A DNA stretch of 64,000 nucleotides from a virus (lineage: Duplodnaviria > Caudoviricetes). The notes beneath the pieces are model-generated. The model saw only the letters and a list, made by a program, of their open reading frames with translations. It was not told the origin of the DNA and made no database searches. Below are positions 1 to 8,937 of this stretch, piece by piece. Where the stretch lies: the IMG/VR virus record IMGVR_UViG_2585428004_000001, positions 32,001-96,000 of that record; one strand, written 5' to 3'. The translations under genes were made by a program, and so were the position numbers. The stretch's first letter is position 1. Each line of letters starts with the position of its first letter.

Positions 1-166
1 GTAAGTACATTGGCTTTTTAAAAAGTGTTATTAAAAGTGGTGAATATTTTGATGAACATAAACATCATTTCGAATGGTTCTGTAGAAAATATCAAGAATC
101 TACATCGGCAGGAAACGATGTGTTAGTAAATAATAAAAACTACATTTTATGAAGAGGTGAATCGAA

Positions 167-313
167 ATGCCTTATTTGAATGATAAAGGGTATTGTAGGA
201 AATGCAAAAGAATAACATCTCACAGATTTAGTTTAAAAGTAAAATGTCTTAACTGCAAAACTGAATCTACACAAGAGGAATATCGAAAAGGATTAGAAGA
301 AAAGAAAGATTGA
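167..313 (+). CDS. small Zn-ribbon protein (48 aa; not in ORF track)
   Basis: RBS GAGGTG, ATG at 167, MPYLNDKGYCRKCK...KCLNCKTE; two CxxC motifs. Confidence 0.7.
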   Translation: MPYLNDKGYCRKCKRITSHRFSLKVKCLNCKTESTQEEYRKGLEEKKD

Positions 314-345
314 TAAAATGATTATTTTATGAAGAGGTGAGAAAC

Positions 346-492
346 GTGTACAAAATGATGTTTCATTGGGAGAGACAAGATAAAAAAGGTAAATTCACTG
401 TCGAAGCTTTGACTGTGGAAGATTGTATTGAAAGTGCAGAAAAAGAGATTCAAGCATTTGAAGCAGAGATGGTAGATTGGTATGTTGTCTAG
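346..492 (+). CDS. hypothetical protein (48 aa; not in ORF track)
   Basis: RBS GAGGTG, GTG start, open to TAG at 490-492. Confidence 0.65.
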   Translation: MYKMMFHWERQDKKGKFTVEALTVEDCIESAEKEIQAFEAEMVDWYVV

Positions 493-526
493 TTGAATAA
501 AATAACATTTTATGAGGAGCGATAGC

Positions 527-727
527 GTGGAGACATACGAGTATGCAGGGATATATTTATATCACTATGAATGGTTTCTTATAACCGATGAAAGAAAAGA
601 TATTGAGAGACTAGGAGGCAAATCGGAGTTTATGGGTGTTTTAAATAAGTTGGGTAGAGAAGGATGGAGGCTCTCTATAAAGGTATCTGATGAGCATTAT
701 GTATTGATTAGAAAGGTAATGAAATAA
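527..727 (+). CDS. hypothetical protein
   Basis: Track ORF 512..727; RBS GAGGAG favours GTG at 527. Confidence 0.65.
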   Translation: METYEYAGIYLYHYEWFLITDERKDIERLGGKSEFMGVLNKLGREGWRLSIKVSDEHYVLIRKVMK

Positions 728-747
728 CATTCTTACAAGGTGATAAC

Positions 748-936
748 ATGGAAGATATCGAGCGAAAGATATTACAGAAAACAGCAGATATATGGAATAT
801 GTTTTTAGAGTTAGAGCAAACACATCCTTCTGATATTAATGACTTAGGAAATGCAATTCATGACATTCAGAAGATTATTTCAATAAGAATGGCAAGAAGA
901 ACAGATTCAGATTTATTTGTGACAATTAAAAAATAA
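748..936 (+). CDS. hypothetical protein
   Basis: RBS AAGGTG, 62 aa. Confidence 0.7.
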   Translation: MEDIERKILQKTADIWNMFLELEQTHPSDINDLGNAIHDIQKIISIRMARRTDSDLFVTIKK

Positions 937-963
937 TAAATATATATTTTATGAGGTGATAGT

Positions 964-1157
964 ATGGCAAAGACAGTAGAGATTATTGGTTTGAAATTTC
1001 ATCATGGCACTTATACAGAGGGAGTAACAAAGGTAAACGATTGACACATCTGCGTTGCGTAGCGAACAAAATGATAATCATGCACGATAAAGAAGGGTAT
1101 GTAATTCGTGAGATATTTCTATCAGAAGGATTTATGGCTTCTGTAACACATTGTTGA
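964..1157 (+). pseudogene. disrupted small early gene
   Basis: RBS plus ATG 964, stop at 1042-1044; protein-like frame resumes (MIIMHDKEGYVIREIF...) and ends at TGA 1155-1157 inside the next repeat site. Confidence 0.45.
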
Positions 1158-1184
1158 AACTACATTTTATGAAGGAGCAATATT

Positions 1185-1757
1185 ATGAAAACATTTTTTA
1201 CGAGTGACACACATTTTTGGCATAAGAACATCTTAAACTTCGAAAACAGACCATATTCGTCTGTAGAAGAAATGACAAAAGATATGATTAAGAAATGGAA
1301 CGAGCAAGTTGACGATGAAGATATTATCTATCATTTAGGTGACTTGTGTCTAGGAAACTTTGACCAAACAGTTGATGTTCTAAAGCAACTTAAAGGTAAA
1401 ATCATTTTGATAAAAGGCAACCATGATTATTCAAAGCATTATAAGAAAATCAATGAAATGGGATTATTGCATGAATATCATGAGATTGGAATTACTTTAA
1501 ATTATAACAAACAGCAGATGTGGTTAACTCACTATCCATTTGAGATTGGATTGCGACAACGGAAATGGTCTATTCATGGACACATTCATGGAATGGAGTC
1601 AACTTGGGATAATCAGATTAACGTTGGAGTAGATAGCCCACACTTCAAGCATAAGAAGTTTGGAGAACTAATAGCAATTGAAGAACTGTATGAGTTAATG
1701 GAGGGTCGTTTACCTTCAATAGAAGAAAGATACATGAATCAAAAATGGGATAGATAA
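1185..1757 (+). CDS. calcineurin-like metallophosphoesterase
   Basis: SDTHFWH, HLGD, KGNHD, LTHYP and HGHIH motifs. Confidence 0.9.
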   Translation: MKTFFTSDTHFWHKNILNFENRPYSSVEEMTKDMIKKWNEQVDDEDIIYHLGDLCLGNFDQTVDVLKQLKGKIILIKGNHDYSKHYKKINEMGLLHEYHEIGITLNYNKQQMWLTHYPFEIGLRQRKWSIHGHIHGMESTWDNQINVGVDSPHFKHKKFGELIAIEELYELMEGRLPSIEERYMNQKWDR

Positions 1758-1771
1758 GAGGAGGAATTACT

Positions 1772-2107
1772 GTGTTACAAGTTAATCATCAATACTACTG
1801 TTTAGAAAGTGGATACAATCATGAATCATTTGATTCTTGGCAAGACTTTATCGACACATGGGGAAGCGATGTGGACATGGATTACAACCTATTATTCAGA
1901 TGGGATTGGAAGCCTACTGATGAAATTCAGCCAGAACTTTACCCAGAGCGAGTAGAATTATTCTTCATGCATCAACGAAGAGGAGATTACTCATCTGTAT
2001 TCGTCAAAGTCAGCAAAGCTGATGAAGAGGCTATTCGTAAGTTTATAGCGCCACGATGGGAGCATATGAAGAAGTTGTGGACACCATTTGCAGAGGAGGG
2101 GAAATAA
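1772..2107 (+). CDS. hypothetical phage protein
   Basis: RBS GAGGAGG, 111 aa. Confidence 0.75.
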   Translation: MLQVNHQYYCLESGYNHESFDSWQDFIDTWGSDVDMDYNLLFRWDWKPTDEIQPELYPERVELFFMHQRRGDYSSVFVKVSKADEEAIRKFIAPRWEHMKKLWTPFAEEGK

Positions 2108-2109
2108 CG

Positions 2110-2460
2110 ATGGGAGTAGACTACTATTCTTGCGAAGTTTGTAATGATGCATTTTCAGATGCAGGACATTATGGGCATTGCAGTAAATGTGAAGAGAATT
2201 TATGTGGACATTGTTATGATGAGATGCGTAAAAAGTATGGTGAGATTGGTGAGAATCATGAGAAGTCTGGTTTCTTCAGTGAATGTTCACCAAAGTGCTG
2301 TGATGCGTGTAATGGATTAGAAGAAAGAAATAAAAAGATAGATGATGTAAGAGTATTTGTAAGGTGGGTAGCGGAGGATTTACGTGAAAGTAGTCTATCT
2401 ATCGATGATATAGAAGAAATGGCAAAGGATACTCTAACTATTATTGACGAATTAAAGTGA
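2110..2460 (+). CDS. Cys-rich (Zn-binding) hypothetical protein
   Basis: Several CxxC motifs; RBS GGAGGG favours ATG 2110 over the track start 2056. Confidence 0.7.
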   Translation: MGVDYYSCEVCNDAFSDAGHYGHCSKCEENLCGHCYDEMRKKYGEIGENHEKSGFFSECSPKCCDACNGLEERNKKIDDVRVFVRWVAEDLRESSLSIDDIEEMAKDTLTIIDELK

Positions 2461-2542
2461 CAGAGATTGTTATAAACGATAGTCTTCGTACAAATATTGA
2501 AAGGAATTCAGAGGACTATACACTATTACAAGGGAGATACTG

Positions 2543-3259
2543 TTGATGAGCAAATTAATCGATTTAACTAAAAAGGCAAAGGTTGTCTTAGAGAAGAAAG
2601 AGATTTTTGGTGAGAAAGCGCAAGTTGTATATATTACTGACATTTCAGTTTCTATGAGTAGTCTTTATAGCAACGGAACAGTGCAAGAACTAACTGATAG
2701 ATTACTTGGAATCGGCATGAATTTAGACGTTGATAAGAGTATTGATGTGTTCGCATTTGGAAGGAATGCACATGAGGTTGGCTCTGTGACAGAAGGTAAT
2801 CATCAAGGATTCGTAAACAATGTCTTATTACAGAAAGTGTCTTTAGAAGGCTCAACGAACTATGCAGGAGTAATGGATATGGTTGTTAATAAGTATGGGC
2901 AACCTGTTAAGAAGGGATTGCTATCACGAATTATGGGAAGCAAGCACTCTGAAAAGCCAACTGTACCTACACTAGTATTCTTCATTACAGATGGCGATAA
3001 CTTTGATAAGAGAGAAGCAGAAGAGATTATTCGTAAGTCATCTAATCAAGCAATCTTTTGGCAGTTTGTCGGTATCGGTAGAGCAAGCTTTGACTTCTTA
3101 CAGAAACTCGATGATATGTCTGGGAGATTTTTAGATAATGCTGATTTCTTTAATGTTAATGACCTGCGAAGAATTAGCGATGAGGAGTTCATGGATAGAA
3201 TATTAAATGAGTTCCCAGAGTGGATTAACCAAGTAAGAAACAAAGGCATATTAGAATAG
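2543..3259 (+). CDS. vWA domain protein, TerF/Ter-stress-associated type
   Basis: MIDAS DISVSMS, T in GSTNY, FITDGD, FWQFVGIG, DNADFF. Confidence 0.85.
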   Translation: MMSKLIDLTKKAKVVLEKKEIFGEKAQVVYITDISVSMSSLYSNGTVQELTDRLLGIGMNLDVDKSIDVFAFGRNAHEVGSVTEGNHQGFVNNVLLQKVSLEGSTNYAGVMDMVVNKYGQPVKKGLLSRIMGSKHSEKPTVPTLVFFITDGDNFDKREAEEIIRKSSNQAIFWQFVGIGRASFDFLQKLDDMSGRFLDNADFFNVNDLRRISDEEFMDRILNEFPEWINQVRNKGILE

Positions 3260-3269
3260 GAGGATTAGT

Positions 3270-3428
3270 ATGAATAAAGAGACTTTCAAACAAATATTTA
3301 AAGAATTATTAGAAGATGGAGATATCGCTTTATACGTTGAAAGAGAGGTCGACTACGATTCAATCTCTATAAAAACAGAAGTTCACATCGATGGAGAAAA
3401 GGTTTACGAAAGCAAACAACGTTTATGA
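3270..3428 (+). CDS. hypothetical protein (52 aa)
   Basis: RBS GGAGGA, ATG 3270, open frame. Confidence 0.65.
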   Translation: MNKETFKQIFKELLEDGDIALYVEREVDYDSISIKTEVHIDGEKVYESKQRL

Positions 3429-3437
3429 GGTGATAAT

Positions 3438-3605
3438 ATGCAGTGGGGCGACAAGAATAAACCTAAATACCTAAGTCTTATCTTTGGGAAAGATTGGGAT
3501 AAAGATGATTTCAAATTCTTCTCATTTAGAAAAACACCATTAGGATGGTCAATGAATATTTGGAGATTTGCAATCGACTATGATAATTATAAAAACGTTA
3601 AGTAA
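3438..3605 (+). CDS. hypothetical protein (55 aa)
   Basis: RBS GAGGTG, ATG 3438. Confidence 0.6.
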   Translation: MQWGDKNKPKYLSLIFGKDWDKDDFKFFSFRKTPLGWSMNIWRFAIDYDNYKNVK

Positions 3606-3615
3606 GAGGTAGCAT

Positions 3616-3770
3616 ATGAAAAAGGAGACAAAGTAGTTTTTAATCTAGGAGGAAACGATACGACAGTATGGACTGTATCCAGTGATGAGTTTGTTATGGA
3701 TTCAGTAATATATGTCTATCTAGATGGTTATAGAGGGGAAGTTAATATTAAATTCTTAAAGAAAGTTTAA
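3616..3770 (+). pseudogene. small gene frameshifted in an A5 run
   Basis: ATG AAAAA GGA GAC...; adding one A restores MKKGDKVVFNLGG...KFLKKV*. Confidence 0.5.
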
Positions 3771-3779
3771 GGTGGTTAT

Positions 3780-3908
3780 ATGGCACTTAGTATCTATTGT
3801 TCAGAGTGTGATAGACAAGTAGAAATAACAAAGTTCACCGTTTACAAAGAGGGTAGAGACATCTATGTAGAATGTGACTATTGTAACGATAAGGAGGAAG
3901 TAGACTGA
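3780..3908 (+). CDS. small Zn-ribbon protein (42 aa)
   Basis: CSEC...CDYC, RBS AGGTGG. Confidence 0.6.
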   Translation: MALSIYCSECDRQVEITKFTVYKEGRDIYVECDYCNDKEEVD

Positions 3909-4129
3909 TGTGTGCATGTGGAGTAGATAAGAGAGTAGGATGGCGACAGTGCTGTAAGTCCCTAAAGCTGAAGCCAGTTGGATATATTCCGAATCTTCCA
4001 TCAAAGAGAAAGAGGTTGATTCAATTAGAGAAATTGATAAAGTCACATATTGACCTAGATGTCCCTGTTCATAAAGCAATAATGGACGAATACAACAGTC
4101 TATGTAGTCAATTGAAAGAGAGGTGCTAA
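3908..4129 (+). CDS. hypothetical protein
   Basis: TGATG coupling with the upstream gene. Confidence 0.55.
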   Translation: MCACGVDKRVGWRQCCKSLKLKPVGYIPNLPSKRKRLIQLEKLIKSHIDLDVPVHKAIMDEYNSLCSQLKERC

Positions 4130-4130
4130 C

Positions 4131-4241
4131 ATGTGGAAATTTGCTGAAGAACATCCAATAATGTTTTTTGTTCTTGCGGTCATTGCAATCAATGGAATAT
4201 GCAGTATCATTCAAAGTTTTTGCAGAATTTTCTATTACTAG
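4131..4241 (+). CDS. small membrane peptide (36 aa)
   Basis: RBS GAGGTG; hydrophobic stretch. Confidence 0.55.
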   Translation: MWKFAEEHPIMFFVLAVIAINGICSIIQSFCRIFYY

Positions 4242-4255
4242 AAAGGTGGATTTAG

Positions 4256-4375
4256 TTGAAACAGATATTTAAAGTAGGGTGCATGGCACTATTCACAGTA
4301 TTAATCGTAAACCTAATCCTACTATGTGGAGTAGCATGGTTTGTAATTTGGTGCTTACAACAAATTGGATTCTAA
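4256..4375 (+). CDS. small membrane peptide (39 aa)
   Basis: RBS AAAGGTGG, TTG start; hydrophobic stretch. Confidence 0.55.
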   Translation: MKQIFKVGCMALFTVLIVNLILLCGVAWFVIWCLQQIGF

Positions 4376-4378
4376 TCA

Positions 4379-4420
4379 TTAAACAAAACCATTGCAATGT
4401 TGCTGATAGTGTGCTAAAAT
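4379..4420 (+). promoter_or_regulatory. sigA-type promoter whose -35 (TTGCAA) is part of the AAACAAAACCATT motif
   Basis: TTGCAA 4392-4397, 17 bp, TAAAAT 4415-4420. Confidence 0.8.
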
Positions 4421-4457
4421 GATACTATCAGCAATTTGTTTATGTAGGTGAAAATAT

Positions 4458-5504
4458 ATGAATGCAGAACAGTTAAAAGCGTATCTTGTAGAAGATGTAG
4501 AAAGAATTGAAAAGTTATTAGAAGCCGTTGGTTGTCATCGTATCTGGCGTAGTGGGGACGAGATTCGTTCAGCACCACCAGAAGGTAATAACCACACTGC
4601 AGTATCTGTAAATGTGGATAGTCTCTATTGTAAGTATTACAGAGAAAGAGAGACATTTCGTGGAGACATATTCAAATTGATTGGATTGTTTCGTAACGAA
4701 GGGTTTAAAGAGTCGTTTAGGTTTACACGTAATCTCTTCAACTTAAGTGGCAAGTTCACCAAGGAGAAAGAGAAGCGTGACCCATTGCAAGCCTTTAAGT
4801 CTATAAGGAAGCAGAGTAAGATAATCACTGACTTCGATGATGTTGAACTAACTAAATATGGGAAAGAGGTATTAGATGGATTCATAATGTTGCCTCATAT
4901 GTCTTTGTTCCACGAAGGGATAACGTTGCAGTCTCAAGAGTTCTACGACGTTTGCTATCATCCACAGGATGGCAGAGTTTGCTTCCCTCATTACCATCCT
5001 TTAGACAAGGAAGCTATTGTCGGCATCACTGGAAGGACTTTGAAGAGCAAGGCAGAGATGGAGGCTTTTAATATCCCTAAATACTTCAACTTCATTAGAA
5101 ACTATAAAAAGTCCTACTCGTTATATGGGTTTAGCCATGCAATCGAAGAGATTGAGAAGGCTAAGATGATTGTAGTTGTAGAAGGAGAGAAGAGTGTTCT
5201 TAAACTGCATTCAATGAAGCAGGGATATGCAGTGTCAGTTGGTTCTCATGAGATATCTCCAGTGCAGGTTAATTTAATCTTAAAGTACACATCCATGGAT
5301 ACTGAGGTAGTCGTCGCTTTTGATAGTGATGTTATGAAGGATGAACAGTATCTTATTAACTGCTGTAAGAAGTTCTCTAAATACAGAAAAACTAGCTACA
5401 TCATGGACAATCCTAACTTCCCAATATTAGGTGAAAAGGATGCGCCTGTCGATGGCGGTGTTAAGAAATGGAATCATCTATTGAAATATCGAAAGGAGGT
5501 TTAA
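4458..5504 (+). CDS. DNA primase (DnaG-like TOPRIM)
   Basis: VVVEGEKSV, VVAFDSD, FP...GITGRT; replication context. Confidence 0.85.
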   Translation: MNAEQLKAYLVEDVERIEKLLEAVGCHRIWRSGDEIRSAPPEGNNHTAVSVNVDSLYCKYYRERETFRGDIFKLIGLFRNEGFKESFRFTRNLFNLSGKFTKEKEKRDPLQAFKSIRKQSKIITDFDDVELTKYGKEVLDGFIMLPHMSLFHEGITLQSQEFYDVCYHPQDGRVCFPHYHPLDKEAIVGITGRTLKSKAEMEAFNIPKYFNFIRNYKKSYSLYGFSHAIEEIEKAKMIVVVEGEKSVLKLHSMKQGYAVSVGSHEISPVQVNLILKYTSMDTEVVVAFDSDVMKDEQYLINCCKKFSKYRKTSYIMDNPNFPILGEKDAPVDGGVKKWNHLLKYRKEV

Positions 5505-6364
5505 ATAGATTGTTAGAACACACTTTCAAAACTGGCAGAAGATACTTTACAGATGAACAAGGGGAAGTAGTCTTGATTGAATGTGGAAACTGTAAGGATG
5601 TCAAGGGTTTAAACGAGTTTCCCAGACAGTCTACCTGTAAAAAGACAGGTAGAAGGTCGTTTTGTGAAACTTGTCATAAAAATAGGAAAAAGGCTTATTA
5701 TCAAGAAAACAAAGATACTCTCAGATATTACCATGAAAGAAAAGATGATAAAGAGTATATGGACAAGCGAGCGAAGTGGAGAGAGGACAACAAGGAGCAT
5801 CTTTCAAATTACAACAAGCAATATCATAAAGAAAAGAAGGATAAAGTGTCCAAGAGGAAAAGGGATTATTGTAGCAGGGAAGAGGTAAAATCTCATAGAA
5901 CAGAGTATATGAAGCTGTATCGTAAAACAGAAGATGGTAAAGAAGCTTTTAAACGAGGTATGAGTAATAGGAGGATGGCTAAAAACAATACACCTGTAAC
6001 AATTGACTGCATAGTTGCTATTAAGGACTTTAAGAGTTTATTCGGAAATGTATGTTGTTTTACAGGATTAAAGATACTAGAGGAAAGCACTGAGCATATG
6101 CTACCTGTTACTCGTGGAGGTGGCAACACCGAATACAATATTGCTCCATCTGAATTATCTTTGAACAGGTCGAAGAACAATAGAAATATATTCGACTGGA
6201 TAGAGTTACTTGAAGAGGATATTGATTTTTCATTCTTCTATGAAAGTACTATCCCATATCTCGCAGAGAAGATGGGAGTAAGTATAGAGGAGTATGTATT
6301 ATGGTATGAAGAAAGCTATGAAGAGAAATTGGATGTATATCATATGAGCTTGGTAGAGTCGTAA
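5468..6364 (+). CDS. HNH homing endonuclease
   Basis: Zn-finger CGNC...CETC, basic helical linker, EHMLPVTRGGGNTEYNI...NRSK. Confidence 0.8.
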   Translation: MESSIEISKGGLNRLLEHTFKTGRRYFTDEQGEVVLIECGNCKDVKGLNEFPRQSTCKKTGRRSFCETCHKNRKKAYYQENKDTLRYYHERKDDKEYMDKRAKWREDNKEHLSNYNKQYHKEKKDKVSKRKRDYCSREEVKSHRTEYMKLYRKTEDGKEAFKRGMSNRRMAKNNTPVTIDCIVAIKDFKSLFGNVCCFTGLKILEESTEHMLPVTRGGGNTEYNIAPSELSLNRSKNNRNIFDWIELLEEDIDFSFFYESTIPYLAEKMGVSIEEYVLWYEESYEEKLDVYHMSLVES

Positions 6365-6414
6365 TCTTCTGCCAACAATTATTGTAAAACAAAACCATTA
6401 AAACGAGGTGCGAG

Positions 6415-6621
6415 ATGAACAAAGTTTATATTATTAAATTCCAAATGATATTACCAAATGGGAGCATTGACAAGGAAACCAAAACTAAGTATTTCGAAGA
6501 TAAAGGGGAGTTTATCAAGGAGTACCTTAAATTAAAGAAAGCTTGGTATACCTTGGATTTAACAGTGTACAAGGTAGATAAGGTTACAGAATTTGATATC
6601 GATTCAATTTTAGACTTCTAG
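6415..6621 (+). CDS. hypothetical protein
   Basis: RBS GAGGTG preceded by a motif copy. Confidence 0.7.
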   Translation: MNKVYIIKFQMILPNGSIDKETKTKYFEDKGEFIKEYLKLKKAWYTLDLTVYKVDKVTEFDIDSILDF

Positions 6622-6633
6622 GAGGATAGGGCA

Positions 6634-6789
6634 TTGACTGAGGACGAGGCATGGGTAAGAAGAACTGAGATTAACAAAAGGTTTAAGAGATATGGAGTAT
6701 CTTTTCAACCAAGAAAACAGATAGACAAGCTTGTGGAGAAGCTTCACAAAGAAGAAGTGCTTGTCAAAAGAAAGAGGTTAGCAAAGTGA
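6634..6789 (+). CDS. hypothetical protein (51 aa)
   Basis: RBS GGAGGA, TTG start; stop overlaps the tdk start (GTGA). Confidence 0.55.
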   Translation: MTEDEAWVRRTEINKRFKRYGVSFQPRKQIDKLVEKLHKEEVLVKRKRLAK

Positions 6790-7412
6790 CAAAAGTTTAT
6801 TGGCGTTTTGGCTGTATGGATTCTTCCAAGACAGCACGATTATTAATGGATGCACATGAATATAAACAGCGTGGAGAATTCCCATTGCTATTAAAGCCTG
6901 TGGAGGACACACGTTCATCTAAAGGCACAATTGAAAGTCGAGTAGGGTTGTCTGCTCCATGTATGGATATCGATAAGAGTTTCAACATTCAAGGATATGT
7001 ACATGGGCTATTAAATATGAGAGAGATGATTGCTTGTATCTTCGTTGACGAAGCGCAATTCTTAGCACCATTGCAGGTTGTACAACTTCGTATGATAGCT
7101 GACTTATTCCATATTCCAGTTATCTGTTATGGTCTTAAAACTGATTTCAAAGGGATTATGTTTGAAGGTTCTAAGGCATTGTTTGAACATGCGAATCGAT
7201 TCGAAGAAATTAAGACCATCTGCAGAGAAGAGAACTGTAAGAGTAAAGCGATGTACAACGTTCGATTCTTAGATGGTAAGCCGATGTTTGAAGGTGAAAC
7301 AGTTGTAATTGGTGATACGAAGGAAGAGAAGAACAAGTATTACTATGTACCAAAGTGTTCTAAGCATTTCTTTGAAGACTATATGAAGTTCCATAAATCG
7401 AAGGGAGAATAA
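6786..7412 (+). CDS. tdk: thymidine kinase
   Basis: GCMDSSKT P-loop variant, IESRVG, VDEAQF, YGLKTDF, C-terminal Zn Cys residues. Confidence 0.92.
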   Translation: MTKVYWRFGCMDSSKTARLLMDAHEYKQRGEFPLLLKPVEDTRSSKGTIESRVGLSAPCMDIDKSFNIQGYVHGLLNMREMIACIFVDEAQFLAPLQVVQLRMIADLFHIPVICYGLKTDFKGIMFEGSKALFEHANRFEEIKTICREENCKSKAMYNVRFLDGKPMFEGETVVIGDTKEEKNKYYYVPKCSKHFFEDYMKFHKSKGE

Positions 7413-7413
7413 C

Positions 7414-8682
7414 ATGGCACGTTTAACATATCAGCAGTTAGAGTTAATAAAGGAAAAGATGAACGTTAAGCAAATTTGGAGTTTTAGTAAGATGAGTACA
7501 TTCTCACAGTGTACTTGGGCGTACTTTTTACGTTATATCCAAAAGATTCGTGTGAAAGGTGACAACTGCTATACAGTATGGGGAACAAACTCCCATGATA
7601 TCATACAGGGATTCTATGAAGATGAGTTTACTTATGAAGGCATGCTAGTTGAATTGGAGCAGAGAATCCTTGATTATCTAATGGCAGATGATAAGAAGCT
7701 TAAGTTCCCAAATGATAGTGAATGGGAATCATATATTGCTAACATTCGACATTACTTCACTAATACAGAAGTAATTCCATACAAGGTTGTAAATGAGAAG
7801 CCAGTATTAGCAGAATTCAAAGGTATTGAGAAGTATATCTTCCAAGGCTACATAGACTCCGAATATTATGACGAACAGAATAACTTTGTAATCCTTGATT
7901 ATAAAACATCTTCTATGAGCGGATTTACAGGCAAGAAGTTAATTGAGAAGGCTCAACAGCTTATCATCTATGCATTTGGTGTTAGTAAGTTCCGTAAGAT
8001 TCCTATGGAGAAGATTCGAATCAGATACGATATGATGAAATACTGCAATGTAACATTCATGCAGAAGAATGGAAAAGAGAAGACTTCAAAAGCTGAACGT
8101 AGACTTTGGGTTGCTCATATGGCTAATCAAATTCGAAAAGACCTTCAAGATGTTCCAAAAGAGATTGAGAAGGTTAATAAGGAGATTGCCAAGCTTGAGA
8201 GAAAACTTAATCTAAAGAAGACTACAGAAGAAGAGAAGCCTGCTATCAATGCACTAATTGAAGTAGAGAAGCAGAAGATTGTAGAGATAGAGAAGGATTT
8301 ATTCGATGTAGTTACTATTGATGATATGATTACAACGGCTATCAATGAGAATAACTTAGATAACATGCCTCCATTTGTTAAGAATAAGTATAAAGTTGGC
8401 AATTGCTATATTGATGTTGAATTAACACCAGAGGTTCTTGAAGAGGTGGAATCTCAAATTGTTGATACATTAAACAAAATCATTAAAAAAACTGAAGCGG
8501 AGAATCATGAAGAGGCGTTTACCAGAGGTAAAATCGAGAACAGTGATTCATACTACTGTGTGAATCTTTGTGATATGAGAGACCACTGTAAGTTCTATAA
8601 AGAGTTCAAAGAGCATAATGCTATGTTCTTAGAGAAGGAAGCGCCAAGTGACGAGCAAATCCTTGCTATGCTAGGTTTATAG
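7414..8682 (+). CDS. PD-(D/E)XK nuclease (RecB/Cas4-like)
   Basis: SFSKMSTFSQC, GYID...ILDYKT, QLIIYA, C-terminal Cys cluster. Confidence 0.8.
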   Translation: MARLTYQQLELIKEKMNVKQIWSFSKMSTFSQCTWAYFLRYIQKIRVKGDNCYTVWGTNSHDIIQGFYEDEFTYEGMLVELEQRILDYLMADDKKLKFPNDSEWESYIANIRHYFTNTEVIPYKVVNEKPVLAEFKGIEKYIFQGYIDSEYYDEQNNFVILDYKTSSMSGFTGKKLIEKAQQLIIYAFGVSKFRKIPMEKIRIRYDMMKYCNVTFMQKNGKEKTSKAERRLWVAHMANQIRKDLQDVPKEIEKVNKEIAKLERKLNLKKTTEEEKPAINALIEVEKQKIVEIEKDLFDVVTIDDMITTAINENNLDNMPPFVKNKYKVGNCYIDVELTPEVLEEVESQIVDTLNKIIKKTEAENHEEAFTRGKIENSDSYYCVNLCDMRDHCKFYKEFKEHNAMFLEKEAPSDEQILAMLGL

Positions 8683-8689
8683 TGAGATT

Positions 8690-8716
8690 AAGACGTAGAT
8701 TTTTCTACGTCTTTTT
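8690..8716 (+). terminator. intrinsic terminator
   Basis: AAGACGTAGA/TCTACGTCTT stem plus T run. Confidence 0.8.
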
Positions 8717-8759
8717 GCTATAATATAAGGCAACAGGATAGTCTTGAGGAGTTGGAGTC

Positions 8760-8840
8760 ATGAAGAGATGGCAAAGGGTTTTGTTTATCACTGCGATGCT
8801 AGTTGTAGGGATGATACTAGGCGCATCTGGTACGGTCTAA
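8760..8840 (+). CDS. 26-aa hydrophobic peptide
   Basis: RBS GAGGAG; MKRWQRVLFITAMLVVGMILGASGTV; TGCTATAAT upstream. Confidence 0.5.
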   Translation: MKRWQRVLFITAMLVVGMILGASGTV

Positions 8841-8865
8841 ACAGCCGTATATTTTTTAAAAAAGA

Positions 8866-8907
8866 TTAAACAAAACCATTGCAATCTAATGGACTCCATG
8901 TTAAGAT
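8866..8907 (+). promoter_or_regulatory. motif-overlapping sigA promoter
   Basis: TTGCAA 8879-8884, 17 bp, TAAGAT with TG extension. Confidence 0.75.
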
Positions 8908-8937
8908 TACTTATGTAGTAAAGAGGAGGTAATAAAC

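Larger units (their letters stand above)
131..1177 (+). repeat. six ATAAAA-N5/6-TTTTAT-type sites, each followed by an RBS, between consecutive small ORFs
   Basis: Sites near 133, 313, 497, 719 (degenerate), 936 and 1154; each is followed by GAAGAGGTG, GAGGAG or similar. Confidence 0.75.

Noticed and set aside
131-1177. CRISPR array
   Set aside because: Repeats are short and degenerate, the intervals are ~200-bp ORFs and there is no cas operon; the PD-(D/E)XK nuclease at 7414 is in a replication context
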